From NCBI GenBank assembly GCA_002633005.1, contig NMRA01000135.1, positions 61,115-125,114 of the forward strand: a stretch of 64,000 nt of DNA, given 5' to 3'. Below the pieces are notes generated by a model that was given only the letters and a program-made list of their open reading frames with translations, had not been told where the DNA came from and searched no databases. Every line of letters begins with the position of its first letter. Position 1 is the first letter of the stretch. Of the stretch, positions 13,620 to 24,100 are shown piece after piece. This DNA comes from Phoronis australis (Eukaryota > Animalia > Phoronida). The position numbers and the translations under genes were made by a program.

Positions 13620-13940
13620 TTTGATGCTGTCTACTAAACGCGTCTCCACGTACAAAAGAGTTCACCCAGTAAACAACAAGTCACGTACTGGGACTGTGGC
13701 CTCGGCGCTCATAAATGCAAGGCACTCGCAAGAAAAACTAGCATGTTGACGTGTTTCATCTTAATGCAAGGACCCTCCCGAAGATTTTTCGATTTTGCGT
13801 TTTCGTGAGTTTCTTGCGTCTCCAACCGGAGGAGGGTAGGCTACCCTGACCGGAAACGAAATAGTAGGCCTATATATCGCCTATATATAGCAGTCATCAT
13901 TTGTTTGTATAGTCATCATTGGTTTGTATATACGCTCTTT

Positions 13941-14345
13941 AATAGTAATAATCTTTATTTAAAAGTCGGTGATATTAAACAATGAAACGTTAGCACAAGT
14001 GCTATCAACCGACAAATTTAAAATCTACAAAATGGAGATACAGAACTAAAATACTAGGTAATTCTACAGTACGGAGAATATACAGACTAACTTAAACATA
14101 AATATAAATATAAATACAAAAGTACACATACATGTTACGGAGCGTTTAGACATTTGTATCAGTTTTCACAAGAGCAGATTTCAGGGAAAAAAATCATGAG
14201 CAAGAGTGGCAAATTACATTGTCTCATTACTGATGGCAATGAGTTCCACAGCAAAGTACCTTTATGGGAGATTGAGTTACGCCAGTAAGTCATCATAATT
14301 TGATATGTTACTCTTTGTTTCGTATTGCATATTTGTATGCTATTA
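13941..14345 (-). mobile_element. 3' fragment of a CR1/L2-clade LINE
   Basis: The minus frame over about 14231-14281 gives SISHKGTLLWNSLP, the typical ORF2 C-terminal motif (G.KLWNSLP). It is followed by a T-rich UTR ending in an AATAAAGATATTATT-type tail. Confidence 0.55.
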
Positions 14346-15804
14346 AATAAAACGTTCCCTGATCTATCTCTCTGCCTCTCCCTCTCCCCCTGTACCCGAC
14401 CCCGGGACCAAGAAGCTCAGTGGTCAAAACATCGCCGATGCTATAGTCCAGGCTATCACGAAAGCACAGGTGGATATAGTTCAGTTAAGATTGCTTCGCT
14501 TGTTTCCATGGTAGGATGGCGGCACACCATCGTCTCGTTTGGGATTTCCGATAGAGCGCCCATCCTCAGAACTGAAGAGCCCATCAGGCAAGGACGAAAA
14601 ATCGCTCACGGGCGCATTTTGGCGACTCTAGAACGAGTCATCAAAAATGCTTGTCGTTACCTTTTTCATCTCGTAGAAAAGGAACGTTTATGCATAAGTT
14701 GACAAATGCTTAGTGGCCCCAAAACAACCGTACCCGTGCCCAGCAGTGTTTCAGCTTTATTCCGTCACCACGCGAGATACAGTTCAACCTCTTTCAAAAT
14801 CGCCAAGGCCGCCTGAGTGTTGGTAGTGACCACAAAGCGTGGCATTCTGTCAGTGAAGATGGCCGGAGATGCGCCAACAGCATGGTAATTGAGTTTGTGT
14901 GTTCTGCTGACTATGATTCCGTACCGTTATAAAACTAATTGTATAATCTAGCTGATCAAACGGGGTGCAACTTTTTATTCTAGAATCGGGGATCATTTTC
15001 GACATGTGTTAATTCATGGAAAAAAATCATATAAATTCACACCTCATAGGCTTTGTGACTTTTTATTTTGGAGTTTTTAGAGCGATCACAAATACGTGCG
15101 TACGAATTTTATTTACACTTTTTACTGAGGTCTTCTAAAATTCCACAATTTCTAGAAATCAGTTTGAAATCGTGTTCCGACATTTCAAAATGTCCTGCTC
15201 CTTGAACGCAGCTTAGTTTATGACTTTCTGATGATGAGCGTGTACGGCCTGCGATGGACGATAATTGGGCACCTCTGTTTTGCCATGAATATGAAGGATA
15301 TTGTGTGCGGCCAATGGTAAAATGATTGTGCTCAGCTGGCACGACGCAGTAGCCCAGCAACACAGAAACAACCAAAATATTATTGATTGTTTGAGTTTCA
15401 CAATCCGGGGTTTGCCCAACATACGGTTGACATTCTCGTTTGAAATGGTGGTACTCGAGCTGCCGAATCATACTTCTTCAACGCCAGGTCTGCATTGAAC
15501 GGTATTAACGTCTATTGTTGGTTTACAATGAACACACTCACATTAGGTTCTCAGCGTAGTAATCATATGCCACGTACTCCTAATCGTTTTACTACAAAGA
15601 TAATAGATATCAGGGCTCGGGGTATAATCATCTCACGGTCGTCGCCGGGATGGTATTGTATATAGTACTTTTGTGTGAATTCAAGATGGGTGTCTTGTCA
15701 AGTCCTAGTTTGCCGCGGGTAATGACCCCATCATTGAAGCTGAAAAGTTCGAGTCCCCTCGGGAAATTTCGAGTTTCGAGTTTTTACATTACGCGTTTTC
15801 CCGT

Positions 15805-16275
15805 TGGGAGGATGATCCCTGTAGCCATATATCTTACACGCCCGATTAACTTCATTCTGGCATTTATGCTTGGACGGGGCCATTCCTCTTTTGTTCGATT
15901 GCTCTAATCTCCAATAAGATCCTGTCAGCCTGAGTTGTGCTGTTAAAAATAAAAGTTAAGTTATAAGATATTTGAACATAAACCAATAGCATGTCTGAAA
16001 TCCTCGTCAAATGGTGATCATGTTTTGTTTTTGAAAAGCCAAAATCGCCCAACTACAACCGAAAATGAATCTATTCTTTCCGAACACGTACCAATGCGCT
16101 CTGGGTTTGACTGTGTTCACACGTGGTCTGTAATAAGCCTGCATGGTAGATAATTGGCCTGCCCGTGTTGCCATACTAGACAAACGACTATGCTTGACAG
16201 TAAACAAAGAAGCTACTACATGATGTTACCACACTCTCACAACCCGCTACGTCTGGTAAAGTCACCGAACGGGAA
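15805..16275 (+). repeat. Dispersed repeat family A, copy 2 (intergenic)
   Basis: Same blocks in the same order as 10495-10940. Confidence 0.75.
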
Positions 16276-16505
16276 AAGTGCCGCCAGTGTAGTAGGCTCA
16301 GGGTTCATATAGAGCTTACCACTCAGCATAAACCATAACTGAGGTATTCGAGCAGAGAATTGGCTTGGCACAAAACTTATGATGGAAAATGCCAAAGATA
16401 ATCTCGAGCTCGATTTCAAGTAGAATTACTAGATCCCGCCCGTTTGCGCCCCCGCCGCCGAACTTTGCGTGATGGCCGGACTCGGAGCTTGACACTGGCT
16501 GAGCC

Positions 16506-17841
16506 CGGCGACTGCCGGAGACGGAGCCGTTCCAATACCGAAGAGGCGCTCAATTATTCCCCAAACAATCTAGTCGTTGAAAAAATCGTGTCCGAATAAT
16601 ATGTAGGTTGCGGAACGAATTGACACGGTGGACGGAGTGTCGGATCCGAGAGTCGGGTAACCGGCGCCGCGGCCGGGGCGGGGCTGAGTCAGTCCGATGG
16701 CGCCGTCACGGTCCTGAAACTGAGATACGAGGTTGACGTCCACGGGCCAACAATTAATCACGAATAAAAAGCTACTTGAAAAAATCGTTGTTGCTGAAAA
16801 TCATCTTGATTGGAAATCCCCCGTAGTAAAATATCCTTAGTCATGCGGTAAACCACCGGGGCCAGTAACCCGCGGCAGAGTCAGCCGGCGCCACTTCGTT
16901 GAAGCGTGCGTTCAGTAACGCTATGACCTACGCTAGGACCTAGCTAAAATCTAGCCGAAGTCACGTGCTCGCACTTAAAATACACGGCCATTTCTCACGT
17001 AATCTCACGAAATCTTGCTTTCTAGCGAGGTCGCAGCGTTACTTATTTTAACGGGAGGCAGCCTGGGCCCGGTCTCCAATCTCCGTACTCAGACTCATAC
17101 TCATACTCGAGATTTCATACTCAAAATCGTGCTCACTGGAGTCGTACTCAAAAAAGCGTATCTAATGTCGTATTTCGAGTAGACTCCAAACGTACTCAAA
17201 TCTGACACTCATACTCGAGTTGCTATGGAACTCTTTATAATGTGAAATGCAAAATCACGCAAAGCCGCGCTGATTCATCGCTCCCTATNCGGCGACTGCC
17301 GGGGAGCCGTTCCAATACCGAAGAGGCGCTCAATTATTCCCCAAACAATCTAGTCGTTGAAAAAATCGTGTCCGAATAATATGTAGGTTGCGGAACGAAT
17401 TGACACGGTGGACGGAGTGTCGGATCCGAGAGTCGGGTAACCGGCGCCGCGGGGCGGGGCTGACTCAGTCCGATGGCGCCGTCACGGTCCTGAAACTGAG
17501 ATACGAGGTTGACGTCCACGGGCCAACAATTAATCACGAATAAAAAGCTACTTGAAAAAATCGTTGTTGCTGAAAATCATCTTGATTGGAAATCCCCCGT
17601 AGTAAAATATCCTTAGTCATGCGGTAAACCACCGGGGCCAGTAACCCGCGGCAGAGTCAGCCGGCGCCACTTCGTTGAAGCGTGCGTTCAGTAACGCTAT
17701 GACCTACGCTAGGACCTAGCTAAAATCTAGCCGAAGTCACGTGCTCGCACTTAAAATACACGGCCATTTCTCACGTAATCTCGCGAAATCTTGCTTTTTA
17801 GCGAGGTCGCAGCGTTACTTATTTTAACGGGAGGCAGCCTG
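16506..17841 (+). repeat. Near-identical duplication of about 555 bp (16506-17065 and 17290-17841) across the n at 17289
   Basis: The copies differ by only a few SNPs and small indels, and copy 2 starts immediately after the n. Likely an allelic or assembly overlap. Confidence 0.85.
17066..17288. mobile_element. Harbinger-type element end, truncated at the assembly n
   Basis: Starts after CTG with the 31-bp TIR identical to that at 178-208 and carries ACTC subterminal repeats. The duplicate copy shows the empty site GCCTGGTTAC. Confidence 0.7.
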
Positions 17842-17928
17842 GTTACAAGATGCTAAACCGATCAGCGCTGTCTTGAGGCTTGGGGACGAGGCTGCCTGCC
17901 GTCCCAGCAGATGTCACTTATAATAACT

Positions 17929-18030
17929 GCGGAAGTGTTCAGCACTGTGATTGGTTTTCACTATTTCTCTGAACCAATAGAAAAATTGTTTAGAAAAACT
18001 AAATTAGTTGATAGTAACAAATATGGCGGA
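17929..18030 (+). promoter_or_regulatory. SPATA7 proximal promoter motifs
   Basis: ETS-like GCGGAAGTG (17929-17937), ATTGG (17950-17954) and CCAAT (17974-17978) boxes, X-box-like GTTGATAGTAAC (18007-18018) and YY1-like AATATGGCGG (about 18020-18029). Confidence 0.55.
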
Positions 18031-18111
18031 AAAAGAAGACCCAGCTGAGGATAAATTTCTTGCATTGACGAGTAATTTGAAAACTGCCCTGATTTTATGA
18101 GTAATTTAAAG

Positions 18112-18136
18112 ATGTCCTTTCGGGCTCGAAAGCCAG
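18112..18136 (+). CDS. SPATA7: SPATA7 exon 1 (MSFRARKP)
   Basis: AAAGATGT start context; CAG|GTATTT donor, phase 1. Confidence 0.6.
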
Positions 18137-21100
18137 GTATTTTTTAACGTCACCGTTTCAAAAATAGATGTCTGTAGATTAGATTCTTAAGTTTTTATCG
18201 TGTCCTGTTAGAGCATTAGATTATTTCCGAGGCCGAGGCACCTGCTCGACTAAGTTTTACTGTGCACTAAGTCACTGGCTCTTCTACTTTGTGTCAGACT
18301 GTAATGACTCAACGCAATTCAACGTGAACTGTGCACGTCCTGTGCAGTCAAGCTGTGTCTGTGAATGTGGGGTGCATTCTGAACTTGGTGTTGTGCAAAA
18401 CCACGCTTGTCGGCTAAGACAAGATGTCACAAAGGTTTCGCAGTGAAACTTGTAATTTTCCAGCTGCAGGTCCTGTCGTCATACAGTCAATGTTGCATTT
18501 GGGATCACTAATTAAATCCACAGTGCTAATGAGCTAGTGCTAACATTTGACAAATTAAAAGCTGGAAGCAAATTTTGTCTTCTACTTACAGTTAGCCTTG
18601 GTACAAAGCTGTATACTAAATATACAGCTTTGCACCGATGTGGGTAAAAAAGTGGTAAGATAAAATCTAACACAAAATTAGTGTCGTGAAAAATTACAGT
18701 CTTTACTTGAGTAAACTAAATTATTTAAAGGTGTTGAAAAAAATGGTGTTCTACCGTTATTCTGCTGCTAAAGTGGTGGAGCGATCTTTAGCGACAGCTT
18801 TCGGTGCCATGGAATATTGCGTCACCTATTGGCCAGTTTCTTTTGTCGCTGATTATTCAATCAGCTGTTCTTCTTTCACGAGGTTGTGTACACGTCATAA
18901 TAAATTATCGAAACTGGTTTCACTTCATTATAAGTTTTCAGAACTTTGATACCGAAAAACCGAATTTCAGAAGAAATTTTGCTGCTGCCAAGCTATCATC
19001 ATCTTCCGAGAGATGTCGCAAAAAATTAGGAAATGACGCGTGCGCGTGACACGAGCGTACTGTTTTCAAAACGACGACATACTTTTCATTGTTAGGAAAG
19101 GCAGAGAGTTACGCAAGAAAATGATGTTTATTGCATTGTTTTTCACTTAAACGGCTGTAACGGGCAAGGTGAGTGTTGGTTGATTCCCAGATTGTGCATG
19201 CACCCCGTCCGGTCTTTAGCTTTACTTGTTGATACATGTTTCACGGCGAGGTGACGAGCAGAACTACCCTGGCTATGTGCAATTTCGGGGTCTACGGAAG
19301 AAATACACACACACACAGTGGTACCTAGCTGTATTTGACGACAGTCTGGCTAACTTAAAGTATGCATGAGTCATTTACTAGTATGAAGCCAGTTCACGAT
19401 CATTGAAGTATGGGCATAAGGTTATATAGTAAATATATCTTATAATTGTTTCTTAGTTTTTTGTGAAATTACTTGTATTGCAATTATAATTATAAAAAAA
19501 TGTGTCTCCCCTGTGCTGTGCTGCTCGGAGTGATCTGGAAGTGGCGTTCCAGTCACACATTCTTTAATGTTTACATCAAAATGTGTTTCCTCTTAAATTG
19601 TTGTATAGTCATAAAGAGTGGAAAATGCTTTCAATCACTATCAAATTCACCACGTAACTTTTTGGTTTTGATTAAAATTCTATTTCTTAACCTCCTTGGT
19701 TTATATTGGTGACTTGACTAAGGCAGGAACACTACCAATTCTTTTGGTCATTTAGTTATCAGCCAACTGCTCTACATCCTTCAAAATTAGTACAAGGATG
19801 GGTCTAGAACAAGGCTTGATGACCATGAGATAACTTCATTTTTGCTTTCAATTTCTTCTCCAGTATTCAGTAAGTTATCTGTAAATTGATCTGAAACTAT
19901 CGTGATCTGGAACTGTCACATTGACTTTTTCTGTAACAAAACAGCCCATTAATGTTCAGAATGATCAATGGGTCTATTGTATGTATCAATAATTCTAGCA
20001 TCTTGAGATTGTCTAACGGTATTGAATACTGTGTATTCTATGATTTATTACAGTGCCAGCTGCTCCTATGGAGTTGAAAGGTCGCATGAACCTCAAAAGT
20101 AGTGGTAAGGGAACTAGAAGTAACACATTGTTTGAAAACATTCCTTTAAATTGTTTGTGCTTACGTTTGTCTTGGTCTTGTCATAACGTCCAGACAAGTA
20201 CAGGTTTTTGGAGTTCTGGAGCACCTCTCAAACTGTAAAGCCATTACACAAGTCATACGTTACATTATTACTGCTTTGAAACCCTGCGTCTGCCTGTGGT
20301 TCACAGTCGTATCCAGAATACTAAAATTAACGAATGTCGGCAGTAATCACTTCCAGGGGTCTGGAGTTATGAGAATCAGTTTAATGCCTGTTATTCAGTG
20401 GACAAAACTGGTTCTCAAAATCCGATCTGAGACTCCTGTAAGTAATTTTTACCAAAATAGCTGTTGGTTTGTATTTTGTACAAATACAGTTAATGTAATT
20501 TTTTTCTCAGTGATGGGTACTATGCCGGCCAACAAAACACTAATAGTTATCACAAAATTGCTTAGTAACACCAGTTCATAAAATTCTAGAATTCATTTTC
20601 ATTTAATGAATATTATGTTGCACTTTAATGTTTCTATTTTTCATCAGTTGTTGCAGCATTATTTTTTACAGACTTCCACAAATTAACACATTATGCGAGT
20701 TTGTTTGTGGCAACAAAGAACATAACTGCCTTATTCAATAGAAAAATGCATGTGGAGAATTTCTCGCTTACACTGGTCACCCCTCTGATTCCCTAAGCCC
20801 CAGACAACTTTTATGATGCCTATTCAGCACGCCCTTTGTATTGATATAGATCTGAGCTAATGAAGTGGAAAGGTAATAGCAGCTAGCACTACTTTCTTAA
20901 CAATGGTGGTCCTTATTACACCCAAATTGTTTTTCTCTGGCATTTGCACAGAGTTAAAACCTGCAATGTGGAGAGCAGTTTTAACTTTGTACATTTTAAA
21001 TATTACAAAAAGACTAAAATGTTAATTTGCGTTGATCTTGACAAAGGGCCACTTCCCAAAGGAACGTTGGTTTTAAATATGTTTAATACCTGTTTTTATT

Positions 21101-24100
21101 ACTTTATTTTAATATTCCTGTTTAGTTGTTTTTTTTCTTACGGGTTTAGGGTTGCTATCTTTTTATTTTACGTTTAAACAAAGTATCAAAACAACTTAGA
21201 AGTCAGTTGTGAACCCATGCCTGAATTTTCCAGATTACAGCTATACCAAACATGTCACTGCAAACAAACTACACTTGCCATTAGTTCAAGTTCAATCTTT
21301 ATTAGAACTCAAATCATAAACATGCGCGCATCCAGCTTAAAATGTAGGGGGGGGGCTAGAATTTGTCGGTATGCAGACCTTTTACTGAAAAAAAAAACAG
21401 CGAGGACTAAAAAAGATGGGGCCACTAGGTTCAGGCCTGCGAATTGTGCATCCACGCCGGATTTCTGTGGACTTTGTGGACTTTTGTCCCGTTTACACGG
21501 ATTTTTTTGTTTCACTGAGGCGGACCTTTTTGCCCAATTTTCCAAATTGCTGGGCTCATTCAAGCGCTCGAGCCCCCCTGGGTGTGCCCATGATAAAATA
21601 TATGCAAAAGTTCAAATATGGTGGTAGCCAAACTGAAGATTTAGAACCTCTGGACAATTTTGGTTGCAATAACTGCGTAACTATTCTAGCTTTTCCTCAG
21701 TCATAAAAATTAAATCACAGCTCTTGCCCATCAACCAACCTCATCCACTGTTTGCACTCTCTCATTGACTACAAAGCAAGTCATCTTAGTTGTCTTCACA
21801 CGTGTTTCATTACAACTACAAGCTAACCATCGAAATTGGTGCATTTCCACGAATAGCAGTTTCCGGTTAGTTTACTACTTATGGAGTAAAATAGTTTGGC
21901 ATGCACCAGGCCCTAAACGATGTTTTAAAAGTTATTGACATCTAATTTTGTCACTGTGTGTTGTTTATAGATGTTTCAACGTAGCTTAGTTGTATATTAA
22001 ACGAATTATTCACGTGTTATTGTTAACTCTGATAAGCATTTGTTAATCACCGAGTATATCATTATGCACATTCGTTTATCTTCAATCGTACCCAATGTTT
22101 GTATTTTTTAGCTTAATAGTTCCTTGATTTTTAAAAATGAAAAACCAAACTTGGTTGTTTTTTCCATCTGAATACAACTGTGGTATTTGTTTTTAATGAA
22201 AACCGTTGTTTAATGCATTTTAAAAATTCGCCCGTACGTACAGGCAGAGGTGTTTACTACAGTTTATGGTCGGGTAATTACACTTAATTGGGTCTTGCTC
22301 ACGCCAGACAATGCGGTCATCGCAATTGAGTCCGACTTTGGTGCTGCAGTGTGATCCTGGTAAAATCCGCTCAGGAGGATGAGCGGTGAAAAGTCACGCA
22401 TATCTTTAGAAATGCGTGTCTTTCGTGTAAGCGTATTATTCACAGCATGGTATCCTTTTCTTATTCAAAGACTTTTGACAAAACAATGAAGTCTTCATTT
22501 ACCTGATATGACTTATAGAGATGGAAACTATGATTGATCCAGATGATGATGAAGATGATAATTTATAAATCTGTTCTTCTGGACTAATAATAGTACACTG
22601 AAGCCAACTCTGACCTTTCTGATCTTTTTGGAGCTTTGAACCTGCTGGCCAATCTGTGTTGTCAGTGACCCCTGATCTCTGGGGTAACAGGCCAGTGGCA
22701 TGGGACTAAACATTAGACAGCTTAAACTTAACATCATCCTGTTTATTAAGGTGAAGAATTAACTTGGCCTCTTTTTTAGCGGTCTTAAACCATCTGCTCT
22801 CTTATTCCCTCCAAGAAGATCATTCTTGTGACAGGTTGGAGAGTTGGCTACAGCGTCGAGGCATCACCTGGTAATATTATTAGTCCAAAAGAACAGATTT
22901 GTAAATGATCATCCTGAGGTCACTCGAGGTCAAAACTTTATCCACTTCTTCATTCCAGCCTATTGTCCAACAGGAGGCAAGCTGTGTGACCAATACATGT
23001 ATGTTGACCAAATGAACGCTCACTATAAAAAGGTGCTAACCGCCAAGTGTAAGTATAAGCTTGAAGTATTTATCAATACACTTATAGTGATTAAGTGAAC
23101 ACTTACTATGAGATATAGGTAAGAATTGTTATTCTTCTGACACGTCACATGTTAGTCACAACAATAGATGAAGAGAGAGATCAGACTTTCTACTATAAAT
23201 AGCCTTAAAGCACATGGTTCATGTAGCGCCATATGGGCGGGAGGATTGTAGGTGTGGAGAAGGGAGATTGGTATATTAAATACAAAATGGTATATATTGG
23301 TATATATATATATATATTGGTATATTAAATACAAAATACAGACAAATTTTTGGTTTACACTCAAACAACAGAGATATCAGCCATCAAATGTCCCTGTTGA
23401 AAAAACGTTAAGTTTTCATTTTGATGGCTGTTATGTCCGTTGTCCAAAGAAAAATAAAAAATCTGAGACATAAATCATAAACTAAGTTTGCATGCTAATC
23501 AATCATCACTCTAAAGAGAAATTGACGTTCAAAAGTGCAGAAAACATCAAAAATTAAGAGGCCTAAAACTGGACAATTTGAGTTTGCCACATGCTTGAAA
23601 TCAAAGCAAACCAAGTTTTACCGAACAATCTGTGTATTAAATAACTTGTTTAAAAATTGCAATGAGTTGCAAGTAAAAATATAAGTATAATTATACAGTT
23701 TTTGAATGTGGAATTTTTAGAAATCAATTTCCAAGAATGTTATCTTATATCATTGTTATAGCAAGACACCATTTTGAGAAATTGTTAGAAGACTTTGAAA
23801 AATGAAAAATGTCAAATTTTGCAATTTGTCTAAAATTAGTGAGATCTTACCATACTGGTGGTAATGTGTCATTATTTAACCCGTACTTAACAATGTTCTT
23901 TCAGCTGCCATTGACAACAAAGTGCCCAAGTCCCATGTCTCTAGTACCTTAGGTAAGTTGTGCTGGCAGGTATTTCACTTTGAATGTAAGAATGTCCTTC
24001 ACCTTTGCTGAGTAATGAAACTCGATGATTTTCACTGGAAAATATTCTAGATACCTTGATTTGTTAAAAGTTTTGTGTGTTGATGTGCCTCTGATTGCCA

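Noticed and set aside
16570-17537. Duplicated ORF MINCWPVDVNLVSQFQDRDG as a paralogous gene pair
   Set aside because: The ORFs fall inside the haplotype-like duplication, shift frame between copies, start at a non-ATG codon and have no recognisable domain.
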